Shown here piece after piece: positions 30,054 to 41,707 of a stretch of DNA of 64,000 bases. The stretch covers positions 1,152,001 through 1,216,000 of the forward strand of contig OY970223.1 in assembly GCA_963714015.1 (NCBI GenBank), given 5' to 3'. The notes under the pieces were generated by a model that was given only the letters and a program-made list of their open reading frames with translations, was not told the origin of the DNA and ran no database searches. This DNA comes from Vulcanimicrobiota bacterium (GTDB lineage Bacteria > Vulcanimicrobiota > Vulcanimicrobiia > Vulcanimicrobiales > Vulcanimicrobiaceae). How positions within the stretch are numbered: position 1 is the first letter of the stretch; every line of letters starts with the position of its first letter. The position numbers were made by a program, and so were the translations under genes.

Positions 30054-30547
30054 CAGCGCATCTTCTCAAAAATTGCCGATCGTTCCACAGGGTCAAGAAC
30101 ATCGGAGAACGGTGATGAAGAGCGCAAGCGCATCCCTTCCTCGGACGGATCCAAAATAACCTCGAGGAGCTGGAGGTATGCAGTGTTACGCGTTTGCGGG
30201 TCCGGCGATGACAATTTATTGGAGATGGCCTTGAGTAACACTTCCCACTCCATAAGAGCCGGCACCCGGCCCTGCCTTTGCTGCCAATGCTGAAGTGTGT
30301 CCAAGGCGCGCTGAACTAAGGCCGGCTCCTGCCGCAATTTTTCAGCGATAATCCCGTGCGCTACCAGGTTACGTAAATGCAGAAGGTCCTGGCGGATTTT
30401 GGGTTTACGATCACGATAGCGAGCCTGCTTGGCGGCCACTCGGCAACGTTCAGAGCAGAATGACGTTTCAACACCCGCTCGCTTTGCTCGCTCGAGGCGC
30501 TTCTTCGGAATTGGGTTCCCACAGCGCTTGCATAATGGCCGATCCAT
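30053..30547 (-). CDS. Putative antitoxin/regulator with N-terminal zinc finger
   Basis: CKRC...FCSERC; C-terminal EW..LL...RLRSSSPF; stop overlaps start of the nucleotidyltransferase. Confidence 0.7.
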   Translation of the reverse strand: MDRPLCKRCGNPIPKKRLERAKRAGVETSFCSERCRVAAKQARYRDRKPKIRQDLLHLRNLVAHGIIAEKLRQEPALVQRALDTLQHWQQRQGRVPALMEWEVLLKAISNKLSSPDPQTRNTAYLQLLEVILDPSEEGMRLRSSSPFSDVLDPVERSAIFEKMR

Positions 30548-30553
30548 GGCTAA

Positions 30554-30636
30554 ATTATAGCATGTGTTACCCGGTAACGGAAGTTCCGTAAATCGCCTAA
30601 AATCGTACGTGTATGGCCCATCCGTTACCGGGTAAC
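30554..30636 (-). promoter_or_regulatory. Leaderless promoter with duplicated palindromic operator
   Basis: TGcTATAAT on minus strand 6 nt before ATG; GTTACCCGGTAAC 30566-30578 and GTTACCGGGTAAC 30624-30636. Confidence 0.75.
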
Positions 30637-30898
30637 GATGCCCCCTCCGTAAAAGGCCAGACCTGACGCCCGGTCGCCTGGCTACTCTCCCTCAGAGCAA
30701 GAGTCATTTTGTCGGAAAAACCCCATGATTTTCTGACACTGCATTTCCGAGGGAATCTCCGTGGGGTGGCAGTGCCGCAAGGCAATCAACCTCACAGCCC
30801 CTTGGCACTGGTACTCTGGAATACTTGCCCGTCGCCCGGTTGTAATCTTGCGATCCGAGGCGCTCAGAGCATGCCTTCCGAAAGAAACGAGCGGGTAG

Positions 30899-33800
30899 AT
30901 GAGTCGTCTAGAGGACCTTAAAGAGAACGCGACCGTTCGTGGGATCTTACCAAACGGTCTAGTTACCGTTGTCAGCACGAAGTGGCACGGTTCTGCAGCG
31001 TTGGAGCTCACGTATAAGAACGCGGAAGGCAAGCTCGCAAACGAGCTTCTTTACCGCGATGATGAGCCGCGCGTCGAAGTCGTTGAAGAAGGACCCCCTT
31101 GGAGCTTCGATGGCGACGGCGCACTCTTTCGACTTGTCGCGGAAGCGCAACGTATCCGCCTCGCACACCTTTTTGACCCGGTTCTCGCCGTACATACCTC
31201 CGACGTAGAGCCCCTGCCTCATCAGATCACAGCCGTGTACGATTCAATGCTGTCGCGGCAGCCGCTGCGTTTTCTACTCGCGGATGACCCGGGCGCCGGC
31301 AAGACGATCATGGCTGGCCTGCTCATCAAGGAGTTGATAGCGCGCGGTGATCTGCAACGATGCCTGGTTGTGTGCCCCGGAAGTCTAGCCGAGCAATGGC
31401 AGGACGAACTCTACCGGCGCTTTCACCTGCCGTTCGAAATCTTGACGAACGATAAGCTGGAAGCTGCGAGAACGGGCAATTGGTTTCTTGAGAACAACCT
31501 GGTTATCGCGCGCCTCGATAAACTTTCGCGCGATGACGATGTCCAAGCCAAACTGCAAGCGCCGGATTGCCGATGGGACCTCATCGTATGTGATGAAGCA
31601 CACAAGATGTCGGCGACATTCTTTGGCGGCGAAGTCAAATACACGAAGCGCTATAAACTTGGGCAAATGCTCTCGACGCTAACGCGTCATTTTCTTCTTA
31701 TGACGGCGACGCCGCACAATGGCAAAGAAGAAGACTTCCAGTTGTTCATGGCGCTGCTTGATGGCGATCGTTTCGAAGGCCGGTTTAGAGACGGCGTCCA
31801 CGCTGTCGACGTCTCGGATCTCATGCGCCGCATGGTGAAGGAGCAGCTTCTAAAGTTCGACGCAACCCCGCTTTTCCCGGAGCGCATTGCTTACACGGTT
31901 CCGTACAAGCTCTCGGATCGTGAGGCGCAGCTTTACGCAGGCGTTACCGAATATGTTCGATCGGAGTTCGACCGTGCCAAGGCGCTAGAGAACGACAAGC
32001 GCGCCGGCACGGTTGGCTTCGCACTCACTGTTCTCCAACGTCGCCTGGCGTCATCACCTGAGGCGATATACCAATCGTTGCGGCGGCGTCGGGAACGGCT
32101 AGAAAAGCGCCTGCGGGAGCTGGAGTTGCTGCAGCGCGGCGCCCATACCGAACTAGCGATTCCCTTCGAGTCCAAGGTGCTCGACGATGATGATATTGAG
32201 GATCTCGACGAGGCGCCCGACAACGAGGTCGAGGCCGCCGAAGAACAGATTCTTGATCAAGCGACGGCGGCGCGCACCGGCTCGGAGCTGAAACTAGAAA
32301 TTGCGCGATTGCAAGAGCTTGAAAAGCTCGCCGCGGCTGTGCGTCGCAGCGGTGAGGACAAGAAGTGGAGCGAGCTGGCTGCACTGCTTTCGCACGTCTT
32401 TGGACCTCGTAGTGGTGTTGAGTCGTCGGTAACTCCGAGCGTGAAGCCGTCGGTGACGCAGAAGATCGTGATCTTCACCGAGCATCGCGACACGCTCAAT
32501 TATCTACGAGAGAAGATATCGATGCTGCTCGGGCGTCCGGAAGCTGTGGTCGTGATCCATGGCGGTATGGGCCGCGATGAGCGCTCAAAATCACAGGAGA
32601 GTTTTAAGTTCGATCCTGAGGTTCGTGTACTGGTTGCCACCGATGCAGCCGGCGAAGGCATCAATCTTCAGCGTGCGCATCTCATGGTCAACTATGACCT
32701 TCCATGGAATCCAAACCGCCTTGAGCAGCGCTTCGGTCGTATTCACCGCATCGGACAAACGGAGGTCTGTCATCTGTGGAACCTTGTCGCCGATGAGACA
32801 CGTGAAGGAGATGTCTACCGCACGCTACTCGAGAAACTGGAAAACGCACGGGAAACGTTAGGCGGTCAGGTCTTTGATGTCCTAGGCAAGCTACAATTTG
32901 ACGGCAAACCTCTGCGGGAACTGCTTATTGACGCGATTCGCTACGGTGAGCAACCAGAGGTTCGTGCGTACCTTACCAAGGCAATAGAAAACGCGCTCGA
33001 TCGTTCGACGCTGCAGGACTTGCTGGAAGAGCGCGTTCTTGCTCACGATTCTATGGATGCCAGCCGCGTGCATCGCGTTCGCGAGGAAATGGAGAGGGCC
33101 GAAGCTCGTCGGCTTCAACCCCATTACATTGAGTCGTTCTTTCTGGAAGGCTTCAAACACCTGGGCGGCGCCGCAAAGCAACGCGAACCGCGTCGATACG
33201 AAGTAACGCATGTTCCAGCCGCGATCCGCAATCGTGATCGCCTCATTGGCATAGGGGAGGCCGTCCTACCGCGATACGAGCGCATCGCCTTCGACAAGGC
33301 GGTGCTTGCACCGCAAGGTCAAGCGCTCGCAGCATTCGTATGCCCCGGCCATCCGCTGCTCGACTCTACGATTGACTTGGTCCTCGAGCGACACCGCGAC
33401 CTCCTCCGGCGCGGTGCTGTGCTCGTCGATGATCGCGATTCATCGCTGAATCCGAAGATGCTCTTTTTCATTGAGCACGCGCTGCAGGATGCCGAGCAAA
33501 CACGTTCGGGCGAGCGGCGGACGATTTCGAAGCAGATGCTGTACGTCGAACTTGATGCAACGGGCTCGGCTCGGCACGTGCACTATGCACCGTATCTCGA
33601 TTACAGGCCACTTCGAGCCGATGAACCGCCTGTTGATGAAATCCTAACGCGAAGTGAGTGTGCGTGGCTGGCCCGAGGTCTTGAGCAACAAGCTCTCGAC
33701 TATGCCATCGCTCACGTAGTTCCGGAACACTTGTCCGAAGTGCGAAATCGTAAGATTCACCTCTTGGACAAAACGGAAGCCGCTGTCAAAGATCGGCTCA

Positions 33801-34453
33801 CTAAGGAGATAAGCTATTGGGATCACCGTGCCGAGGAATTGAAATTGCAAGAGCAGGCAGCGAAATCGACATCGCGCCTAAATTCCGGCGAAGCTCGTAA
33901 GCGCGCCGATGATCTTCAAACACGATTATCGCGTCGTCTCGATGAGATAAAACGCGAGCGACAAATCTCGCCCCTACCGCCCAATATACTTGGCGGTGTT
34001 CTGGTTGTGCCTGCTGGCTTGTTGGCCGCAATGCGCGGCATTTCCGCATTGCGCGACGGTCAAGCGGAGATTGATCGTTTAGCCGTCGCTGCCCGAGCTC
34101 GAGAGGTCGTAATGGATATGGAACGTAACCTTGGCTTCATTCCGGTTGATCGTGAGATTGATAAATTGGGATACGACATCGAAAGCCGCGATCTCTCGAC
34201 GGGGCGCCTCCGCTTTATTGAAGTTAAAGGACGAGCCGAGAGCGCTGATACCGTGACCGTGACGAAGAATGAAATCTTATATTCGCTCAACAAGCCAGAA
34301 GATTTTATCTTGGCCATCGTCGAGTTCAAGAACAGCGGTCACCATGCGCTGCATTACATTCGTCAACCGTTTCATCGTGAGCCAGACTTCGGAGTGACCA
34401 GCGTCAATTACGATTTCGCCGAGCTGCTAAGAAAAGCAAGCGCACCACAATAG
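30899..34453 (+). CDS. SNF2-family helicase with C-terminal DUF3883 nuclease domain
   Basis: LADDPGAGKT, DEAH, TATPH, QRFGRIHRIGQ, GYDIES..RFIEVKGR. Confidence 0.95.
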   Translation: MSRLEDLKENATVRGILPNGLVTVVSTKWHGSAALELTYKNAEGKLANELLYRDDEPRVEVVEEGPPWSFDGDGALFRLVAEAQRIRLAHLFDPVLAVHTSDVEPLPHQITAVYDSMLSRQPLRFLLADDPGAGKTIMAGLLIKELIARGDLQRCLVVCPGSLAEQWQDELYRRFHLPFEILTNDKLEAARTGNWFLENNLVIARLDKLSRDDDVQAKLQAPDCRWDLIVCDEAHKMSATFFGGEVKYTKRYKLGQMLSTLTRHFLLMTATPHNGKEEDFQLFMALLDGDRFEGRFRDGVHAVDVSDLMRRMVKEQLLKFDATPLFPERIAYTVPYKLSDREAQLYAGVTEYVRSEFDRAKALENDKRAGTVGFALTVLQRRLASSPEAIYQSLRRRRERLEKRLRELELLQRGAHTELAIPFESKVLDDDDIEDLDEAPDNEVEAAEEQILDQATAARTGSELKLEIARLQELEKLAAAVRRSGEDKKWSELAALLSHVFGPRSGVESSVTPSVKPSVTQKIVIFTEHRDTLNYLREKISMLLGRPEAVVVIHGGMGRDERSKSQESFKFDPEVRVLVATDAAGEGINLQRAHLMVNYDLPWNPNRLEQRFGRIHRIGQTEVCHLWNLVADETREGDVYRTLLEKLENARETLGGQVFDVLGKLQFDGKPLRELLIDAIRYGEQPEVRAYLTKAIENALDRSTLQDLLEERVLAHDSMDASRVHRVREEMERAEARRLQPHYIESFFLEGFKHLGGAAKQREPRRYEVTHVPAAIRNRDRLIGIGEAVLPRYERIAFDKAVLAPQGQALAAFVCPGHPLLDSTIDLVLERHRDLLRRGAVLVDDRDSSLNPKMLFFIEHALQDAEQTRSGERRTISKQMLYVELDATGSARHVHYAPYLDYRPLRADEPPVDEILTRSECAWLARGLEQQALDYAIAHVVPEHLSEVRNRKIHLLDKTEAAVKDRLTKEISYWDHRAEELKLQEQAAKSTSRLNSGEARKRADDLQTRLSRRLDEIKRERQISPLPPNILGGVLVVPAGLLAAMRGISALRDGQAEIDRLAVAARAREVVMDMERNLGFIPVDREIDKLGYDIESRDLSTGRLRFIEVKGRAESADTVTVTKNEILYSLNKPEDFILAIVEFKNSGHHALHYIRQPFHREPDFGVTSVNYDFAELLRKASAPQ

Positions 34454-34471
34454 GGCCCTTCTGAGAAAATT

Positions 34472-37356
34472 ATGGAAGCCGTAATCCCAAAAAAGAAGCT
34501 GATTGAAGTGGCATTGCCACTTGATGATATCAATAAGGCGTGTGTGCGCGAGAAGTCCATTAGGCGCGGCCACCCATCAACGCTGCATCTGTGGTGGGCG
34601 AGACGTCCTCTTGCGGCTGCGCGCGCCATAATCTTTGCGCAGATGGTCGATGACCCATCCGAGCACCCAGAGATGTTCGCAACGGAGGGAGAGCAAGAAC
34701 GCGAGCGTGAGAGGCTTTTTGGAATTCTTCGCAGGTTGGTTTCTTGGGAAAGCACCGCCGATGAGGATATTTTAGGCGAGGCGCGCGCCGAGATCTTGAA
34801 AGCCTGGCGTCTAACGTGCGCTGAAAATCAAAGCCACCCGCGGGCGTCTGAGCTGTTTGATCCTAAAGAGTTGCCGGCCTTTTACGATCCGTTCGCTGGC
34901 GGAGGTTCACTGTCGTTGGAAGCGCAGCGTCTAGGCCTTGTGTCAATTGCATCAGACTTGAATCCCGTGGCTGTGCTGATCAATAAGGCGATGATAGAAT
35001 TGCCGGCGTGTTTCTGTGGATGCACACCAGTTAATCCGGCTATCGCCACAGATCGGCAGTTGGTTAGGCAAAGTTGGAAGAGAGCAAGCGGCCTTGCGGA
35101 GGACGTTCGTTACTATGGCCGCTGGATTCGCGATGAGGCAGAACATCGGATCGGACGATTTTATCCAGATATTTCTATATCATCTACCATGGCGGAAGAG
35201 CGTCCAGACTTAAAACCGCTCGTAGGAACAAAAGCAAAGGTAATTGCGTGGCTTTGGGCACGCACAGTGAAAAGCCCGAATCCAGCGTTCGCTTCCGTCA
35301 ATGTCCCCCTCATTTCCACGTATATGCTTGCGACTAAACCTGGGACTGAAGCGTATATTGAGCCGCGACTTTCCGGCGAAAGTTTCGAATTTTCTGTGAA
35401 AATGGGTGTGCCGGCGAATCTAGAGGACGCTTCGTGTGGTACGAAGGCTGAAAAGCGCAGCGGGTTTCGCTGTATTTTATCTGGTGCCCCAATAACGTTC
35501 GAATACATTCGCGGTGAAGCGGCGGGCGGAAGAATGTCGACACGTCTAGTCGCCGTCATTGCTGAGTCACGACAGGGCCGTATTTTCCTATCCGCTGACG
35601 ATGATATGGAAAGGCTGGCACGAACTGCGGAACCGACCTGGGTGCCGGACAGCGCGACGGCGGGGAAATGCCGCGTAAACATCGGCCTTTACGGGATGAC
35701 GACGTGGGACACGCTCTTCACCGCTCGCCAGACTTGTTGCATTGACGACTTTCGCCGATCTTGTTGAGGAAGTTCGGAATACGATTATTTCGGATGCCAT
35801 AGCGAGCGAAGGTGATCGCGGACCACGTCAGATCGACGCTGAAGCGTACGCTAACGCCGTCTGTGTGTATCTAGCGTTCGCAATAAGTCGTATGGCGGAT
35901 CGTCACTCCACTTTGTGCCGGTGGGATCCCAATCCGAGTGGTTATGCGCCGAAAATTGCAAATACGTTCGGCCGACAAGCGCTTCCGATGGTATGGGATT
36001 TTGTAGAAGGCAATCCCTTTAGTCCGTCTTCCGGTAATTTTATCGACGCCATTGAGTGGATTGTGGATGTTATGAAGACATCGCTGCCGGCCCAACCAAA
36101 AGGTGTCGCAGAAATGGCTGATGCGCGCGTGCAACGGTTGAGCGTCGACAAAGTGGTTAGCACAGACCCGCCATACTTCGATAACATCGAGTATGCTGAT
36201 TTGTCTGATTTCTTCTATGTCTGGTTGCGTCACGCACTGCGGAGTAGTCAGGCGGCGTTGCTTAAGACAATTGCGACGCCGAAGGAGGCGGAACTTGTTG
36301 GGACCGCGCAACGGCACGGCAGCAAGGCGAAAGCCGAGCGGTTTTTCTTGGATGGAATGACCGAGGCCATGAGTCGACTCGTGGAAACCTCACACCCGGC
36401 ATTCCCCGTCACGATCTATTACGCGTTCAAGCAGTCCACGACGTCAGAGAATGGTACTGCCAGTACGGGTTGGGAGACGTTTCTCGAAGCCGTTATTAGG
36501 GCTGGATTTGCGATCACCGGAACATGGCCGGTGCGCACAGAGTTACCGAACAGAATGATTGGCAAGGGTGCCAATGCTCTTGCCTCCTCGATTGTCCTGA
36601 CTTGCCGTCCACTCGTGAAGGATAGGGCAAGCGCTACGCGACGCCAATTTTTGAATGAACTGTCGGCGGAACTGCCCGTAGGCTGTCGCGCATTTGCAGC
36701 GCGGCAATATTGCGCCAGTTGATTTAGCGCAGGCCGCGATCGGCCCAGGAATGGCTGTGTTCACACGTTACGCGAAGATCATTGATGCGGATGGCCGTGC
36801 CTTGTCGATCCGAGAAGCGCTAGCGCTCATCAATGAGGTTCTTGACGAAGCGCTTGCTCAACAGGAGGGCGATTTCGATGCAGAAAGCCGCTTTGCCATT
36901 GCATGGTTTGAGCAATCCGGTTTTGAAGCCGGCGAATTTGGTGTTGCGGATGTCCTTGCGCGGGCTAAGGTTACAGCTGTATCGCAACTGGTCGACGCAC
37001 ATATTGCGGAATCGCGTCACGGAAAATTCCGGCTCTTAAGACCGGACGAATTCTCGCCGGAACGGGACGTAATCGATTCAAGAACAAGTGCGTGGAAATT
37101 AACGCATCGGCTTATCAATACGTTGAGCACGGGGGGAGAAAGCGCTGCCGCTTTCACCGTGGCACAAGTTGGCGCCGTAGCCGACATTGCGCGTGAACTC
37201 GCGTACCGGCTCTACACGATAGCAGAGCGAAAAAAACGCGCTTCTGACGCTCTGTCATATAACGCGCTTGTGCAAAGTTGGCCCGAGATTATGCACCTTT
37301 CGCGTGATGGTTCGTCGAGAACTGACCATCCTACCCTGTTTGGAGACCAGGAATAA
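34472..37356 (+). CDS. DUF1156 adenine-specific DNA methyltransferase (frameshifts near 35735 and 36685)
   Basis: KKLIEVALPL, LHLWWARRPL, DPFAGGGS (motif I), TDPPY (motif IV), NALASSI. Confidence 0.92.
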
Positions 37357-40300
37357 TGGCAATTACGAATGCGGAACGCGTCGGCAAGGCACTGGATCTT
37401 CTACAGACGGGCTCCGTCCATACGTTGAGCGCGAACTCCGAGCGCGTTACCCTGGAACATGGGCGACTGAAGTTAAAATATGCCTCAATGACACTCGATT
37501 AGGCGCCGGCACGACGAACGGCACGATGCAAGATCCCGCAGCGTTGCTTGTTGTCATGGATAGGAAATGGGGCGAAGTGTTTCGGGAAACGCTCGGAAAG
37601 GCCGAACGGAGTCTCGTAAATGAAATCATAGACATACGAAACCGCTGGGCGCATAAAGAGGCATTTTCCGGAGACGATGCTGATCGCGCGCTGGACTCGG
37701 TAGGTCGGCTACTAACCGCCGTCTCCGCTACGGAAGCCGATGAAGTTAACAAGATGAAGATGGAGCTTCGTCGCACGATTTTCGATGAGCAGATGCGCCG
37801 CGAGAAACGCAAGGGCGCTAGTTCGCTGATCGAGACGGCAGCGTCAACGAACATCAAGCCGTGGCGCGAAGTAATGACGCCGCACAAGGACGTTGCTAGC
37901 GGCAATTATCAGCAGGCCGAATTTGCAGCAGATCTATGGCAAGTCGCGTCTGGCGAGGCAGCACGAGTACCAAAGCCGGTGGAGTTCTTCCGCCGCACGT
38001 ATTTAACTGAGAGTCTAAAGCAACTCCTCGGTAATGGCATAAAGCGTCTTTCAGGTAGGGTGGCGACCCTGTAGTTCAACTGCAGACCAATTTCGGTGGC
38101 GGCAAGACGCACTCGATGTTAGCGCTCTATCATCTGTTCTCGGGCGAGAAGGCCGGCGATTCCTTGGCATCGACACGGTCTTGGCGCAAGCTGGAATCGC
38201 AACCATTCCCCACAATGTAAAGCGCGTGGTGATCGTCGGCAATAAGATCTCGCCAGGAAACCCAAGTGTAAAAGCGGATGGCACGATTGTTCGAACCCTA
38301 TGGGGCGAACTCGCTTGGCAACTCGGAGGCAAAGATGCGTACCAGCGCATCGAGGCAGATGATGAGCGCGCAACCAGTCCCGGCGATATGCTGCGGGCGT
38401 TGTTCAACGAATATGGCCCGTGTCTAATCCTTATCGATGAGTGGGTAGCCTATGCGCGTCAACTTCACGATGATACGGAGTTGCCCGGCGGCAACTTCGA
38501 AACCCAGTTCACGTTTGCGCAGGCGTTGACGGAGTCAGCGAAGGCTGCTAAACAGTGTTTGCTTGTCGTCATCCTTCCGGCTTCGGACGCTGCCGCATCT
38601 CCTCACACTCAAGCGGATGATGTAGAGGTGGGCGGCGTCCGTGGTCGTGCCGCCTTAGACCGTCTGCAAAACGCCATCGGCCGCGTTGAGGCTGCTTGGG
38701 GACCAGCGACAGCTGAAGAGGGCTTTGAGATTGTCCGCCGCCGCCTGTTCGAACCGCTCGCTGACCAAGGAGCAGTTTGTTGCTCGAGACCTTGTCGCGC
38801 GCGAATTCGCAGACATGTATCGCTCGCAGCAACAAGAATTTCCGCCCGAGTGCCGCGGCGCCGAATACGAGAAACGTATTAAAGCAGCGTATCCTATTCA
38901 TCCGGAAATATTCGAACGGCTTTACACTGATTGGTCGACGTTAATCCGTTTCCAGCGCACGCGCGGCGTACTGCGCCTTATGGCTGCAGTTATTCACAGT
39001 CTATGGATGAATAACGATCGAAACCCGTTGATTCTTCCCGCCACGATTCCCATCGATGATCCTCGCGTGCGTGACGAACTTACCAGATACTTACCCGACA
39101 CATGGAAGCCGATTATCGAGAAGGACGTTGACGGGCCGAACGCACTACCACTTCTGATCGACTCCGAGCTTCCGAATCTCGGAAAGTATGCCGCATGTCG
39201 GCGCGTCGCACGCACGATTTACTTAGGGTCTGCCCCGACGTCGGATGCTGCGCATAGAGGGCTTGAGGATCGTCGTGTGCGGCTGGGATGCGTTATGCCG
39301 GGAGAATCGCCAGCAATATTTGGGGACGCACTTCGACGCCTTGCAGCTCATCAGCCACGTACCTCTATCAAGACGGACCCCGTTACTGGTATTCCACACA
39401 GCCGACTGTAACAAAAGTCGCGGACGATCGCGCTGAGCAGTCGAAGCGTGACTCCGACAAGGTGGTTGCCGAACTAAAACGGCGCCTCGACTTGGATTTG
39501 AGGGAGAAGGGCGCATTTCAGCGGGTTCACGCGTTGCCGACATCCGGCGCGGATGTTCGCGACGACATGAGTGCGGCTCTCGTCGTGCTTGGACCCGAAT
39601 ATCCTTACACGAAGGATTCTGGAAATAAGGCGGAGGCTGCCGCGAAAGCAATACTGGAGTCGCGCGGCGGCGGACCGCGACTCTTTGCTAATTCGCTTGT
39701 GTTTCTCGCTGTAGATGAGGCACGTCTTCAAGACCTTGACGAGGCTATTCGTCGATTTTTGGCTTGGGACTCCGTTGTGGCGGACACGCGTTCGCTCAAT
39801 CTTGATCACCAGCAACATACGCAGGCGGAAAATCAAAGAAAATCCGCCGATAGCGCCGTTGCTTCGCGGATTCCAGAGGCATATCAGTGGCTACTCGTTC
39901 CGGTCCAGCAAACGCCCCAATCGTCGGTGGAACTGCAGGGCCTTCGTCTAACATCACAAGGCGCACTTGCAGCTCGTACATCGGATCGACTTCGCAAGGA
40001 AGAAATGCTCGTTGCTTCGTTCGCAGGGACACGCCTTAGGATGGAACTTGACAAGATTCCACTTTGGCGCGGCGACTACGTTGAAATTGCTCAATTAATC
40101 GAGGATTTCGCGCGGTACATTTACCTACCGAGATTGACGATGCCACCGCAGGTTATTGGCGGAGCCGTTAGAGATGGTCTAGGGCTGCTTCTTTGGAATC
40201 ACGAGTCCTTCGCGTATGCAGATAGCTACGATGAGCAGGCCGGTCGTTTTCGCGGTTTGCGGGCAGGACCGGCAGAAACTGCGAGCGTGGACTGTAACAC

Positions 40301-40697
40301 AGGACTGTTGATAAAGCCGGAAGTTGCTGAGCGTCAGCGCGCGGCCGAACCGCCTGCAGCACCCGGAGGAGCCGGTAGTGGTCCCTCAGGCGGAGTTACA
40401 CCGCCTGCCGCAGGCACTGCTGGATCTATTGCCGGAAACGGTGAGCCACTGTCCCGGCAACTACCGACGCGATTTCACGGGTCGGTGCAGCTCGACGCGA
40501 CACGTGTAGGGCGTGACGCCGGCCGGATCGCGGAAGAAGTGATTACTCACCTAGCCGGCCTAGTTGGAGCGCAAGTCACCGTCACGCTCGATATTCAGAC
40601 TACCGTATCGGATGGTGTTCCCGATAATGTAGTGCGTGTTGTGACCGAAAACGGGCGTGCGTTGAAGTTCCAGAGCCAAGGCTTCGAGGAAAGCTGA
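37356..40697 (+). CDS. Swt1-like HEPN + DUF499 AAA+ ATPase (several frameshifts)
   Basis: [19 protein letters not shown] (RxxxxH); [42 protein letters not shown]. Confidence 0.9.
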
Positions 40698-40738
40698 CAG
40701 TACGTGTATTCCATTTGACCAACGGCTGTTAGAAACGA

Positions 40739-41167
40739 ATGTTGCGTTGCCTTTCCATTCGCCCGCCTTGGTCGCTTGTTGTTGCCGATGGACGCAAGAC
40801 GATCGAAAATCGGTCGAGGCGGACGCGCTTGCGGGAACGGATTCTGATTCATTCAGGGACAAAATACGTTGATGATGCGGAAGACTTCATCCGCAATGCC
40901 TGCCGAAAACTGCGCCTACCAATTCCGTCGATCGAAGAACTTCGTACGACTCCGCGCGGCGCGATCATCGGTGCTGCAACGATTGTCGATTGCTTAGATT
41001 TGGACGATGTGCCGAAGGGACGACAACCGTGGGCTCTGGGGCCGTACTGTTACATTCTTGAAGACGCGGAACTCTTCAAAAAACCAATCCCCTATCGCGG
41101 CGTCCTGGGTTTCTTTAACGTCGAGGACGAAGTTGTTCGGCGGGCGCTAAGCAGCGTTCGCCGCTAA
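40739..41167 (+). CDS. ASCH domain protein
   Basis: CLSIRPPWS.LV..G.KTIENR, ILIH, GAIIG, PIPYRG.LGFF. Confidence 0.9.
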   Translation: MLRCLSIRPPWSLVVADGRKTIENRSRRTRLRERILIHSGTKYVDDAEDFIRNACRKLRLPIPSIEELRTTPRGAIIGAATIVDCLDLDDVPKGRQPWALGPYCYILEDAELFKKPIPYRGVLGFFNVEDEVVRRALSSVRR

Positions 41168-41272
41168 ACTTGCTGGCGCTGTGCGACCGGTGAGTCGGAC
41201 GTCGCTGCAGCCCTTTCAGCGTACTGATGCTCGACACCAGCACGCGTAATCGTAACAAGGAGGTTTTGAATA

Positions 41273-41662
41273 ATGGAGTCTTTTCTTACGCTAGGTCGCG
41301 TTGCATCATTTGCGGGTAAACCGGAGCCAGGCGGATATAAGATCTATCTGACCGATGGTCGCAGTCAATGGGTCGAGTTAGGCGGCGGTGGCGCAGTGGG
41401 CAATCCCCACGGGCTGCTTCGCCAACGGCAACGTGGACTCGACACCGCGGAGAATGCTTGGGACTTCGCCCACGAGTTCCTTATCTCGCATCCCGAGGTC
41501 TCGCGGAATCCGCTTAAGTTCCATCGCCTGTATTCGTACGCGGCGAGCGGTGAACTATATTTCGACCGTTCCGTTTCGATAACGACGTTTCTATCGCGCA
41601 GGCGCCAAGGTACGCTGGAAGCGGAAAACCGCGCCTTGGTGGAAGGCAAAACTGCAACCTAA
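41273..41662 (+). CDS. Hypothetical protein
   Basis: AAGGAGG RBS, 129 aa ORF. Confidence 0.6.
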   Translation: MESFLTLGRVASFAGKPEPGGYKIYLTDGRSQWVELGGGGAVGNPHGLLRQRQRGLDTAENAWDFAHEFLISHPEVSRNPLKFHRLYSYAASGELYFDRSVSITTFLSRRRQGTLEAENRALVEGKTAT

Positions 41663-41707
41663 GCGCGCTTTGTGCGGAACGGGGTGCGTAAACTTCGGTG
41701 AAGCACC

